64,000 nucleotides of DNA from Octopus vulgaris. Taxonomy: Eukaryota. The notes under the pieces were generated by a model that did not search any database, was not told the DNA's origin, and saw only the letters and a program-made list of their open reading frames with translations. Position 1 is the first letter of the stretch; the number at the start of each line of letters is the position of its first letter. Made by a program: the position numbers and the translations under genes. This document shows, one piece after another, positions 10,940 through 24,070 of this stretch. The stretch spans positions 23,002,001-23,066,000 of the forward strand of contig OX597815.1 of the NCBI GenBank assembly GCA_951406725.2, given 5' to 3'.

Positions 10940-13900
10940 CGGGATTTATACCACCGAGGTTAACTTTACCTCTCATTTCTACGAGGCCGTTAGAGAATAA
11001 GGTACCAGTTAAATACTGGGGTCAATTTACTTGAGAAAGTACTTTCCCCGAATCTTGGGCCTTCTGTCTATTTTAGAAACCACTAAGACCAGTAAATCTG
11101 TAGAACTATTAGTGCGTAGGAGAAAAAGGTCTTGCAGTATTTACTGTAGCCTTATACGTGGAGTTCAAATTCCACTTTGAACTTCATGAATCAATGAAGT
11201 ACCGGTCAAATACTGGTATCGATTTAATACACCCAAATTTGTGGCCTGGTATGTGGTACAAACTAGTAATAGTAGTAGTAGTAATCGTAGTAAGGAGTTT
11301 TTTTGTTTTGTTATTTTTTGGTTAATAGGTCGGTTGAATGCAGCAGGTATATTATTGTATGTCTAATATATAAACTTTTATATTTCTTTCAATAGACGTT
11401 CTCAATACCACACCAAAGAACTATACATGTCAACACCCAAATACACTGTACAAAGGAATGATCTCACTCCTTGACCATTTCCTTTCGTAAAGAACGGTCA
11501 CCAGAATTCATCAACCCTTTTTGTTTCGGGTCATCGTCAAAGCGATATCCATATCTGTCAGAAGGTCAGAGGTACCTATACTCCCATATGTCAAACGTTC
11601 TTTATTTATTTTTTTATATAGGAATTAATCATACGCATACAATCCATTTAAACGCATAACAGATCACGAATATAAACATTCTTCCCACCTGATCATATAA
11701 ACTCGAGTAAAAATAAATAAATAAAACTGAGGACCAAGTTTTCTTTAGTTTAAAAAACATGAGACCTATGCTGAAACCAGAAGTATTATAATTATCTTGT
11801 TGTTACATACCATCACCTTTTATATAGTGGCAAAAAACACAATTTACATATAGTGAATTCCATTTATAAAACTGACCATTTAACTTTGATTTACTCGCAA
11901 AACCTATCCATCAACTAAAAGAAAGTGTAAGAGGATACCAAAACAGTCAGCTAATCTCAGAAGTTTGCCGCTGCGAAACCAACAATTTATTGATATAGAA
12001 CGTTGGATAAAAATGCTTGCGATATTTTTTTGGCTCTCTGCATACTGAGTTCAAACCTCAACAAATTCATCTTAGCCTTCACCTTCCCGGGAGCGACAAA
12101 ATAAAGCACCAGTCAAGTACTGGGTCCGGAATAACAAATTCTATTTCTTTTATGAAACCGAAAAATCGAATTAAAGAAACCCTTTTCTATATACAAAGCA
12201 TTATAATTAAATCAAGCTTCCTTATGCGTGTAGGATTCTGGGATTAGGGTTTAATTTAGAGTTTTAATTAATGACTTGTAATTCATACTTCATTTAAAAT
12301 TATTAAATATGGACTTTTGTATATTTTACTTGACAACGCACCAAAATTTCGTCCGCAAAAACTGGTCTATAAAAAATACGGTATCTATTTTAATAACAGA
12401 ATATACGAGCTAACTTGGATGATTAAACCACAGGCTAGAATGTTTACATGCGTGAAATGCACACATCATTGTGTGTGTGCGTGATCATATAAGAGTAATT
12501 TAATGCGAAAGTGAAAAATACAAATATAGAATGAGGGCGGAGGAAGATATCCAGTATACAGATGATTAAGTATTTTACACGTGTGTGCGTGTGTACAGAG
12601 GGGGCCTGTACTTGATAAACCTCTTCGGTTTTCTAGCTTAACTTAGATTATGAATGAGAAATATATTTAAGAAATATTCTCCCAAATCTGAATTAAATAA
12701 ATTCTTAATTTCCGTCCCTCAGCACTAAAAGTACAAACACGGCCACCAATCTTCAGAGTTCTAATATAAATTAAAGTTAGGGTATACGAAGTTGAAGAAA
12801 TTAACAGATGCTAAAAACATACAGCGGAGGAGTTAGTTGAGTTGGGACAACAATTAAGTAGGATATTGGAGGTGGGGAGCTAATGCAGACACCTGTCCAA
12901 AAATTGCCCCCATTCATACCTTTTGTCAAGATATGTAACTTCCTACCTGGATTTAAAATCGTTTCAAAGTATACCTAGTGGTTTTTGTTTGTTTGTTAGT
13001 TTGTTATTTTTCTGGGGGGTTTTTTTTTAATCAATTGTTAATAAGACTTCAAAGTGAGGTGGGTGTAATGATAAAAATTTACCAATAAAACTATATCAAT
13101 AATGACACTCACTGAACAAAGTTATTAATAGTTTTTTTCCTAACTTGCTGTAAAAGTAGCGCTGGAAAACTACTAAACAATACGAAAAGTTAGTTTGTCG
13201 AGGAAGAAATATAACTTTCAATTAATATCTATCTATGTTAAAAGCAACGATTTCAAAATAATCGAAAGAACAAACATAAAAGGAAGAGAATTTTTTTTTT
13301 TTTTCAGAATATTCAACAAGTTAGTAAGAATGAAGTAATTTTCGAAAATGACAAAACAAAAACATATGTCTGTGCGTGTGAATATGTGGGTATAATTAGA
13401 AGGACAAAAAAAATTTGTATCCTTACAAACCTTACTGTGCTTGAGATGTTGAATAAAATAGTAGGAACTCACAGTGAACAAATTAAGGGGAAAAGTGTAG
13501 TAAGTTTTTCACGGCACAGTTGGTTTGACACTGCGCGGTAAAGGAGGAGGGGGAAAGCTTACGTAGCACTTACTACAACTCTAAAACATGCTGCCTCTCT
13601 CTCTTTCTTTCTTTCTTTCTCTTTCACTCTCTCTCTCACTGATTCGCTTTCTTTCTTTCTTTCTCTTTCACTCTCTCGCACTGCTTCGCTTTCTTTCTCA
13701 TTCTGACTTACACATGGTCTGTACTGTATATTAAGGACACACGGCTACACGACCAGAAACTTAGTGTACATACATACATGTCAACTATCAACTGTCGTGA
13801 ACAGTGTCGTCTTTACAAGGCTATATATCTTTTTCTTAAATTAGTCGTCTACAGTGAGTGACAAGCAAGGAGCCATTACTATAGAAGTCCGTAAAGGGTT

Positions 13901-14704
13901 CTCTCCCATCAAAATGGTGCTAGATTATTTTCAATGTTTTTACGAATATTTAACGAGGCAGAGAAGCCAACCCTGGAAGCGATAACTTCTAGCTAGTAAA
14001 AAAATCTGCGATCCACTTTCAACACTTAGGACGTTTTACTCCACTTACATCACAAACCCTGTTAGGAAATGAATAAACATCACAACTTTCTCCCTCTTCT
14101 CAAATGCTTGCTAATATCGATTTCTTTGAACTAGGCCCAAGGTCAGTTTTCGTAGAGCTAGGTACAGTAGACTGAATTCGCCCCCACAGTGTATGTAGCA
14201 AGTAATTACTTCAACGATCATACGTCCAATAATACTTTAGTTTCGGCCGTCTCCACAACTTTTCGTGCGAAAAAAATATTTTAAATCATTACGGCTGAGT
14301 AAATGACAAACCCAACTGATCGACCGTGGATAATGGGTTCAAATCGGGATGCAGTTTTTTTACTGTGAACATTGCAGTGTTTCGGATGTAGTAAATATAT
14401 GTAAACAAAATATCTACTTTGTAAATAAAATCTTATCAACCATATTGTTGTTATTGTTACTACTGGTACTACTACTTGTTGTAGTAGTAGTAGTGGTGGT
14501 GGTGGTGGTAGTAGTAGTAGTAGTAAATATTGAACAAAGACAAAATAATTTAGCATTTCTTTTCCAGCTGTTGTTTACTTGAAGTTATTTGAATAAAAGT
14601 AACTCTTGCATAAAATTGAATTAAAATACAAGTAATTTTTAATTATTTTGCATACTACTTATTTGATTATTGAAAGATTCTCACTTCAATTAAGGCTGTA
14701 TATT

Positions 14705-15800
14705 ATCATCGTTGTCGTCTTTTAACATCTGCTTTCCATGCTGGCATGGGTTGGACGGTTTGACTGAGGACTGGCAAAACGGGGGTGGGGGTGCACCAGG
14801 CTCCAGTCCGATTTGGCGAGGTTTCTACAGCTGGATGCCCTTCCTAACGCCAACCACTCCGAGAGTATAGTGGGTGCTTTTTACGTGTCACCGGCACGGG
14901 AGACAGGTGGCACTGACGTCGACCACACTCGAATGGTGCGTTTTACGTGCCACCGGCACGGGTGCGCATGAGGCAGCACTGGCATCAGCCATGCTTGAAT
15001 GGTGCTTTTTATGTGCCACCGGCATGGGAGACAGTCAGGTGACACTGGCATTGACAATGCTTGAAAGGTGTTTTTTACGTGTCATTGGCACGGGAGCCAG
15101 TCAGGCGGTACTGGCATCAGCAACACTTGAATGGTACTTTTTACATGCTACCAGCACATCACTGGCATCAGCCACAACTCCAATTTCACTTTATTCAACA
15201 GGTCTTCACAAGCACGGCATATTACCCGATGATCAAAGAATACTTTTAAATGAGACATCTGGCATTGGCCACGGCTATGGTCTCACTTGGCTCGCCAGGT
15301 CTTCTCAAGCACAGCATGTCTCCAGAAGTCTCGTTCATTGCTTCTGTGAGGTCCAACGTTCGAAGGTCGTGCTTCACTACCTCATACCATGTCTTCCTGG
15401 GTCCACCTCTTCCACAGGTTCCCTCCACTATTAGGGTGTGACACTTTTTCACACAACTGTCCTCATCCATATGCATCACATGACCATACCAACACCACAT
15501 CTGATGTTTATTAGGTCTAACTTTTCTCTCAGGACGCTTACACTCTGCTGTGTATGCACACTGACATTACACTCCAGCGGAGCATACTAGCTTAATTTCT
15601 TTCAAGTTTACGCATGTCCTCAACAGTCACGGCCCATGTTTTACTGCTGTGTAGCATGGCTGTTCGCACACAGGCATCATACAGTCTACCTTTCACTCTG
15701 AGCAAGAGACTCTTTGTTACCAGCAGAGGTAGGAGCACCCTGAACTTTGTCCAGGCTATTCTTATTCTAGCAGCTATACTCTCAGAGCATCCACCACTTT
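14705..15800 (-). mobile_element. 5'-truncated RTE-clade LINE with tandemly repeated 3' UTR
   Basis: ARIRIAWTKFRVLLPLL..KGRLYDACVRTAMLHSSKTW, WYGHVMHM..RGGPRKTW; about five ~63-bp UTR repeats at 14875-15170; (GAT)-like tail. Confidence 0.9.
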
Positions 15801-15804
15801 TACT

Positions 15805-16117
15805 ATATATAATATATATGTATGTATGCATATGTATGTGTATATATGGATGTATGTATATATGACGTTTGTAAAGGGTTCATGTCTCACATGCACGGTA
15901 CACGGCAAAATATAAGAGTGCACAATGTTCCCGAAGATCAGCAATGGTCTTCCTTAGTCACGGGTGGATGGCCATCATGTATGTATATATGTATGTATAT
16001 AAGTATGTATATATGTATGTGTGTGTGTATATATATGTATGTGTATATATATATGTATATGTTTATATATGTATATGCATGTTTAAATATGTATATATAT
16101 ATGTATGTGTGTGTATG

Positions 16118-16151
<34 letters not shown>

Positions 16152-16170
16152 TAGATAGATAGATAGATAG
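15805..16170. repeat. (TA)/(TATG)/(GATA) microsatellites with a short unique insert
   Basis: Directly visible. Confidence 0.85.
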
Positions 16171-16207
16171 AAATATTACATTTCTAAATATCTCAGAGAT
16201 ATATAAG

Positions 16208-16600
16208 CAGTAGTGGTACGATAGAGTAGTTGTGTACTGTCAACTTAATGTGACAGTCCCATGAAGGGAATCACAGCACTGCTATTTAGCCCTAGGAAGC
16301 ATCAACGCTTCCTGTTGGCCTTGACACATTTCTTGTGTCCTTATGTTTACAAGGGGAGACAAGCACCTCCACCCAGCTAAGCCTGCATCCAGAGACTAGT
16401 TTCTGAGTCTTTGCTCGTCATCAGTCTGGAGTAGCATGGCTTGCTAGCTGGAGATGCCTGTCTAGCCCTTGTAAACATATAAGAATTCTAGTGAAATAAA
16501 TCCACTGATTACAAAAATAGAAATATGTGCTTGTCTCCCCCTTGTAAACATAAGGACACAGGAAATGCCTCGAGGCCGACGGGAAACGTTGATTTAGATT
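16208..16600 (-). mobile_element. Hammerhead-bearing non-coding repeat with partial inverted copy
   Basis: 16301-16367 is repeated in inverted orientation at about 16527-16593; hammerhead lies between the two arms. Confidence 0.6.
16388..16430 (-). ncRNA. Minimal type-I hammerhead ribozyme, near canonical
   Basis: 5'-TCCAGA CTGATGA CGAG CAAAGA CTCA GAAAC TA GTC TCTGGA-3': perfect 6-bp stem I, full core, palindromic stem III ACTAGT, GUC cleavage triplet; C-A mismatch at the base of stem II. Confidence 0.85.
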
Positions 16601-16758
16601 CAGATGAATATGGTACTTAGGTTGAGGCACCACAATTTAGTATGGTATTATCTACGCAATTTCATAATAAGGTGATTAGAATCAAAATAAGGATATCCAG
16701 AGGTAATGCGGTACGATCGTTTCATACAACTCCATTTAATTGAACAATATATATATAT

Positions 16759-16990
16759 ATTTCTTTACTGCCCACAAGGGGTTAAACACAGAGGGGACAA
16801 ACAAAGACAGACAAACAGATTAAGTCGATTACATCGACCCCAGTGTGTAACTGGTACTTAATTTATCGACACCGAAAGGATGAAAGGCAAAGTCGACCTC
16901 AGCGGAATTTGAACTCGGAACGTAACAACAGACGAAATACGGCTACGCATTTCGCCCGGCGTGCTAACGACTTTGCCAGCTCGCCGCCTT
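16759..16990 (-). mobile_element. SINE family A
   Basis: Full-length, CpG-rich copy matching 10715-10939. Confidence 0.92.
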
Positions 16991-17596
16991 AAATATATTG
17001 TGTCCTTAAATATATTAAATATATTGTGTCCTTAAATATATTGAACAATATATATAGATAGATAGATATGATGGTGTATATTGGAAGAAGTAGAAGTATT
17101 GTTTTCTCAAGATTCCGATATAAGATTGTAGAATGATACAGAATACTAGGAATTTTTCTTTCTCTCCCAGTGGAGGAATATCATTCTTAAACTTGTTGGG
17201 ACCTGCTCAGAAAACAAAATTATAACTATCAAAGAAACTATGAGCACAGAATTTAAAAAGTTGAAAATGAGTGTATCATTAAATGAATATACAAATATAC
17301 AGATAGAGAGGTGGTATTGGTGATGGTGGAGGTTACCCCAACATCACTTTTTTTTTTTTCACATATTCAGGAAAAGAGCAGCCTTCATTATGCCATTTTT
17401 ACAGAGGATTTGAAACAAGTGGAATAAAGAGAAGATGTCCTCCCACCGGAGACCTGGCCTAAAAACTTGCAACAGAGTGAGCTCCACTCACGGTCTCCAA
17501 AGACTAAATGGTGATGCTAAATTGGGCAGTGAATTAAGTCCCACAATTTCATTACAAAGACACTAGGCTTCTTCAGTTCATCTTTGATCAGTTTCT

Positions 17597-17762
17597 TATT
17601 TCTTTATTGCCCACAAGGGGCTAAACATAGAGGGGACAAACAAGGACAGACAAAGGGTTTAAGTCGATTACATCTACCCCAGTGTGTAACTGGTACTTAA
17701 TTTATCGACCCCGAAAGGATGAAAGGCAAAGTCGACCTCGGCGGAATTTGAACTCAGAACGT
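17597..17762 (-). mobile_element. SINE family A, 5'-truncated
   Basis: Tail and central domain match other copies. Confidence 0.88.
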
Positions 17763-18823
17763 TTCTCTCCCTCTTCAAAGCTCAAGTGCAACTGCAATTA
17801 CAGTCCTTCTCACATATCTGAGGTAGTTATGCTGTTATACACACACTACCGTCATAGCCAACGTCAATATGAATATCATATCTGATTGACAAATACTCAC
17901 CAACAAGTCCAAAGAAACCCTAATTTTTTTATCTGTCATATATGTACTACTTCAACAGCTTCACTCCATCCGATCCAGACTGCTTCTTTCCATCACTATG
18001 CACTTACATCTCTTGACAATTCAAATTTATCTCACATCCAAACCTCTATATACTTTGCTCAATGGTTCCACCCCAAAGCTGAAACTCTTTGAAATCCCCG
18101 CCCTCTTCCCATATTTTTTCAATAGTGATTAGCTGACGGATGTCCAAACTGCATCAGTCTTATCATTCATGGAGGACTTGCAAAGCTTTTGTATTCTGCC
18201 CTTCCTTCACTTCCTTTTACTAATTACTAAATAAAACAAACACAGTTTCCAAATTTTTCACTTAACCACTACACTGCTTTCCAATCTATTTCAAAGAATA
18301 TTAGGCCTCACATCAAAAGAAGACATGCTATTATACCCTTTTGCTATAATCAACATCAGACATGCTTTTCATTGCTTTAAATATCTTTAGAAAACACAGA
18401 GTTTATTGACCAAATACTTACCAGGACTACAAGCCTGTACCCTCAGGCAAAACTTCCTTGATACAGACTTTCCTTATATATATTATCATCATCATTGTTT
18501 TAATGTTCACTTTTCCATGTTTGTATGGGTCAAATGGAGTTTACTTAGGTAGATTTTCTATAGCTGGATGCCTTTCCTGTCATGAACTCTGACCTGTTTC
18601 TAAGCCAGACATGTTTTTTGTGGAATTTGGAAATAAATGATACTGCTTGTATGACAGTGACACTCATTTACAACTATCACATGATACATATACATACACA
18701 AACAAATACACACACACACATACACACACATATATATATATATATATATACATATATATATACATATATATATACATATATATATATATACATATATATA
18801 TACATATATATATATATATACAG

Positions 18824-19207
18824 TGGAGGCGCAATGGCCCAGTGATTAGGGCAGCGAACTCGCGGTCATAGGATTGCGGTTTCGATTCCCAGACCAGGTG
18901 TTGTGAGTGTTTATTGAGCAAAAACACCTAAAGCTCCACGAGGCTCCGGCAGGGGATGGTGGTGATCCCTGCTGTACTCTTTCACCACAACTTTTTCTCA
19001 CTCTTACTTCCTGTTTCTGTTGTACCTGTATTTCAAAAGGCTGGCCTTGTCACTCTCTGTGTCACGCTGAATATCCCCGAGAACTACGTTAAGGGTACAC
19101 GTGTCTGTGGAGTGCTCAGCCACTTACACGTTAATTTCACGAGCAGGCTGTCCCGTTGATTCGGATCAACCGGAACCCTCGTCGTCGTAACCGACGGAGT
19201 GCTTCCA
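18824..19207 (+). mobile_element. tRNA-derived SINE (family D) inserted in (TA)n
   Basis: A-box-like TGGCCCAGTG and B-box-like GGTTTCGATTCC, followed by ~300 bp body; flanked by TA repeats. Confidence 0.75.
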
Positions 19208-19219
19208 TCATATATATAC

Positions 19220-19259
<40 letters not shown>

Positions 19260-20034
19260 CATGCTAGCATGGAAAGCGGACGTTAAACGATGATGATGAT
19301 GATGATGATATATATATATATATATATATATATATGACTGGGTTTTTTTTTAGTTTCTATCAAATCCACCTCACAAGGCTTTGTTGAAGCTGGAGTTATA
19401 GCTGAAGACACTTGCCTGAAATGCCACACTAGGACAGAACCTGAAACCATATGGCTGGGAACCAAACCTCTCAACAACACACACACCCACCCTGACTACT
19501 TCATTTTCTCACATCACTGGAGATAGTTAGGCAACTATTGTTATTCTAAATATAACTTTTGCTGTGTATGAACAGATAATTTTCGCACCAAACAAATACC
19601 CATTTCTTGCAAGCAAAATACCACCTCATATCTTACATCACATTTGATAATGTCACTATCCAACACAAATCTTCTCTCAGTTTCCCCCCAGGGAACTGCA
19701 GACATGCTGAAGCCCTTGCTACTGCAGTCATACTTCTTTTTTATAAATATTGTAGGGTATCATTTAAGGGAGATTTTGCTGCTAATTCTAGCATGTCAAG
19801 CAGCTATGATTTAAAAAAAAATAAATAAATAAATATTTTTGTTGTTTTTGTAAAATCTCAGAAAATAATTAAAAATTCACATTTTTTTATCAAATTATTT
19901 TGTTATATGTCTATCTATACATTAAGATTTCATCCTCGTTAAATATATCCATGAAGTTTTATTCAAGGTGTTGCCATTAGTTAAGTTTCAAGTGAGACCA
20001 ATTTCTATTATGGCATATTTATTCTTTCTTTTGT

Positions 20035-20425
20035 TCTTTTATTCGTTCCAGTCATTTTGACTGCGGCCATGCTGGAGCACCACCTTTTAGTTGAGCAAAT
20101 CGACCCCAGGACTTATTCTTTGTAAGCCTAGTACTTATTCTACCAGGCTGTTTTGCCGAACCGCTAAGTTACGGGGACGTAAACACACCAGCATCGATGT
20201 CAAGCGATGTTGGGACACACACACACACACAAACATATACACACACATACATACATGTATATATATACGCCGGGCTTCTTTCAGTTTCCATCTACCAAAT
20301 CCACTCACAAGGCTTTGGTTGGCCCGAGGCTATAGTAGAAGACACTTGCCCAAAGTGCCACGCAGTGGGACTGAACCCTGAACATGGAACCATGTGGTTG
20401 GTTAGCAAGCTACTTACCACACATC
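20035..20425 (-). mobile_element. SINE family B (tRNA head, CORE-like domain, central microsatellite)
   Basis: Reverse-complement match to 22952-23342. Confidence 0.88.
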
Positions 20426-21918
20426 CACTCAAACATTTGATTTATATAGGCTCATTACGTTAATCTGTAGTGAATGGTCAACATACCTACCATGTGAGTG
20501 TTTGGACATTTGTTGAGGCCTGTGTTGTGATTGGTTGAGTGTTGCACGGGAATTGGATCAAAGGTTCAATGACATTACACATAATATATCTCAAACAACT
20601 AATCCGTATGTGTTCTGGATCCTCTTTTTTTCCATAAATTGGTGCAACAAATTATTTACAAGTTAGAGGGGTGAGAGTTTTTCATCAGAGCGAATTATGC
20701 AGATCCTGCCAATTTTGCTTTTTTTTTTTTTTTTTTTACAGAGGAGAATTAATATAATGAAGCCTATGTAACCAATGACGACCCAAGCTGAATTGCTAAA
20801 ACAATGGATGAACAGCAACCACCAGGATTTATAATGTTTCTTGCTTTGATCCACTTTATGAAGAAATAAAGTTCTATTGTTATTTTAAGTTAATTTGTTT
20901 TATTCTTCTATAAATGAACATGCAACATATATAATGATATACATGATTCTTTTTCTAAAACCAAGGGAGACTTTAGACCAATGTAAAATGTATAATTGTT
21001 TTGAGAGTCCTATATTTTAGGTAGGGGACATTTGTGTTGAGTGCAAGGGATAGCAGAGGTGGTATGGCATAATACGAATTGAATATCAAAATTATTGTCT
21101 TGATAAATCAACTTTAGATTTAAATGTAGATAATATCCTACTAGATATACAAGGGAGTCGTCTATATTTTCCTATGACAATAATTCTGATTTCACTGTAG
21201 TTAGGTGTATTCTACCATATTGTGAACTATACTCCTGGCCTTAGGAGTAAATTCTTTACATCTTATATTTTAAAATTTTAATTGGCTTAGTGACCCTTAA
21301 TTACTCACAGAAATTATATCTGACCATATTGCTCAAGGCCAGTGTACAAAAAAACTTTGAGCCAGTTTAGTACTTAGCCTTTCTGGACACTATTTCTAAA
21401 CATACTTCATTGTCATATCATATCTCTCCCTATGACCTCTGCTATCCTTTGCACTCAATGCAAAAATCCCCTCCCTAAAATATAAAATTATCAAAACCAT
21501 TATACTTTAGTTGAAACTCTACTAGTCGCAGCACCTTGAATAAAGCTGCATGGATACATTTAACCACGATGAAATGTTAATGCAACCAAACCAAAAAGAT
21601 CCAAACAGACACCACATAACAAGAAATCCATGCAACAGAAACATATGTCAGATGGAAGTTTAAAGAAAATATACTGTATAAAGACTGTAATAATAAAAAA
21701 AAACTGTGTAGGTGTATAATTCTGTCTTTGTTTTAATGTCTTGTGTGTATGTATGTATGTATGTGTGTGTGTGTATTGGAAGTCACTTGACCCTGTTATC
21801 TCCCCTACTGTCCCTCTCGCGTCTGACCATTCTGTCCGAGTCAGACACCATGATAGATCGTTAGCTACTACACACATTTTTTTCTCTCCTTGTTTCTCTC
21901 CTTGTTTTTTTCTGTGTA

Positions 21919-21956
21919 TCTTTCTGTAGAAGAGCGTAGGCTCGAAACGTAAAAGA
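21919..21956 (+). ncRNA. Variant-core minimal hammerhead-like motif
   Basis: TCTTT|CTGTAGAA|GAGC GTAG GCTC|GAAAC GTA|AAAGA: stems I and II perfect, palindromic ACGT stem III, non-canonical core. Confidence 0.55.
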
Positions 21957-22130
21957 CTTTTTCTATTCCTGAGTGCAATACTAATACATTTGTTTGTTTG
22001 TACACCACCTACCTTCGTCTTTTGTTTATTTTCGTAAACTTTCCCTTTATATATATAAATGTATATATATGTATGGTATTTATATATATGTATGTATATG
22101 TATATATGTGTGTGTGTGTATATGTTTAAA

Positions 22131-22528
22131 GGTGGAGAGCTGGCAGAAATGTTACCATGCCAGGCGAAATGCTTAGCAGTATTTTGTCTGCCATTACGTT
22201 CTGAGTTCAAATTCCGCCGAGGTCAACTTTGCCTTTCATCCTTTCAGGGTCGATTAAATAAGTACCAGTTACACACTGGGGTTGATACAATCGACTTAAT
22301 GTGTTTGTCTGTCCTTGTTTGTACTCTCTGTGTCTAGCCCCTTGTGGGTAGTAAAGAAATAGGTATTTCGTTTATCCTCATATTCACAGTTCAAATTCTG
22401 CCGAGGTTTGACTATGCCTTTCATCCTTTCGGGGTCGATAAATTAAGTACCAGTTGCATTCTGGGTTCAATCTAATCGACTAGCCCCGCTCCCCAAAAAT
22501 TTAGGGCCTTGAGCCTAGAGGAGAAAAG
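22131..22528 (+). mobile_element. SINE family A followed by a headless second unit with a different tail
   Basis: Tail AAAGAAATA joins directly to GGTATTTCG at 22342. Confidence 0.85.
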
Positions 22529-22544
22529 TATATATGTACGTTTA

Positions 22545-22800
22545 TGTATTTGTTTTATCAATATTCCTGATGTGAAATCGTGTGTTGAAACAGATTTTGT
22601 TGTATTTCCTTTTTGGCTTTTGCCAGATAACCATACGCATCCACTATATACGCATTCTTCACTTCAGCCTTATTATTATTATCTTAGTGTCCTTTGTCTG
22701 AAATCTTTCATAACACATCCTGTGACCTCTTCAGTGACCCTCCATCCCACTTGCCTCCTCCTGTTCAGTATAGTCCATTGTCTTTTTGTATTGTATATCC
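22545..22800. mobile_element. Interspersed repeat with decayed hammerhead (minus strand, about 22696-22740)
   Basis: Minus strand GTCA CTGAAGA GGTCACA..TGTGTTAT GAAAGATTTC AGAC; homologous to 42600-42810. Confidence 0.5.
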
Positions 22801-22951
22801 TTATCTGCACATGCATTTGTGTCTGTATCCGTGTGTGTGTGTATGTGTCTGTGCTTGTCTACATTTAGTTTTGTGTTGTGTGTATGGGTTTGCCTACTAC
22901 ACTGTTTCTACTCATGTCTTTTATTTAGTTGTTTTTTTAATTATTTTTATA

Positions 22952-23342
22952 GGCGCAGGAGTGGCTGTGTGGTAAGTAGCTTGTTTACCACCCACATGGT
23001 TCCGGGTTCAGTCCCACTGCGTGGCACCTTGGGCAAGTGTCTTCTACTATAGCATCGGGCCGACCAAAGCCTTGTGAGTGGATTTGGTAGATGGAAACTG
23101 AATGAAGCCCATCGTATATATGTATATATATGCGTGCTTGTGTGTCTGTGTTTGTCCCCCTAGCATTGCTTGACAACCGATGCTGGTGTGTTTATGTCCC
23201 CGTTACTTAGCAGTTCGGCAAAAGAGAGACCGATAGAATAAGTACTGGGCTTACAAAAGAATAAGTCCCAGGGTCGAGTTGCTCGATTAAAGACGGTGCT
23301 CCAGCATGGTCGCAGTCAAATGACTGAAACAAGTAAAAGAGT
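22952..23342 (+). mobile_element. SINE family B, full length
   Basis: GGCGCAGGAGTGGCTGTGTGGTAAG head, GGTTCAGTCCC B-box-like, ACCTTGGGCAAGT CORE-like motif, tail GGTGCTCCAGCATGG..CTGAAAC. Confidence 0.92.
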
Positions 23343-23683
23343 ATTTATTTATGTATTTGTTTCTTTTTTTTTTCTCATTCCTTCTTATGTATGTGTATGT
23401 GTGTGATCATCATTATCATCATCATTGTAACATCCACTTTCCTGTGCTTCTGTGAATAGGACAGAATTAGTTGAGGCAAATTTTCTACAGCCAGATGCCC
23501 TTCCTGTCACCAACCCTCACCTGTTGCCAAATAAGGTAATATTTCCCATGACCAGACATTTTCATGGAAGACTGAAATTATGGACACCGCTTGCATGACA
23601 GTGACAGTCTTTTACAAGAATCACATAAAGTCAAGACAAGGAGACAGTAACACACACATACATGCCTATATGAATGTATGCAA

Positions 23684-23723
<40 letters not shown>

Positions 23724-23742
23724 ATGTATGTATGTATGTATG

Positions 23743-24070
23743 TGGTGGACTCAAGAGTCATCTTCGTAGTCATAAAGCGAGACAGATGAGTGACAACCTG
23801 GCCACTGATGGTGGTGTAACACACCATACTAATCATATCTATCGGGCATGTGGAAGAGAGTGTAATTCGGCAGGAGGACTTAAACGACATGCAAAGGTAC
23901 ATGAAGCCCAGTTACAACTACAGCCGGCTACTACTGGTTAAAGGCTTTAGTTGCCAATTCTGTACAAGACATTGTAGATCTTTAGCTGGGCTAAAAAGTC
24001 ACACTCGATCACAGCACCAGTAACAGTTAAGCTTCGTGCAATGGCCATACTCAATAACGAGGGGGCAACC
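23743..24070 (+). mobile_element. 3' fragment of an RTE-like LINE with C-terminal C2H2-like fingers
   Basis: GGLKSHLRSH, ACGRECNSAGGLKRHAKVH, CQFCTRHCRSLAGLKSHTRSQH (one frameshift), short 3' UTR, (TATG)n on both sides. Confidence 0.6.

Noticed and set aside
13460-13720. Cluster of minus-strand GTAAG/GTGAG donors near CT repeats, possible first exon
   Set aside because: No downstream exon or promoter evidence strong enough to call
18824-18900. tRNA gene (also the heads at 22952 and 62554)
   Set aside because: A/B boxes are present but there is no convincing cloverleaf, and each continues into a SINE body
23678-24025. Host C2H2 zinc-finger gene exon
   Set aside because: No TGEKP linkers, a frameshift, no acceptor, and insertion within a microsatellite fit a LINE tail better
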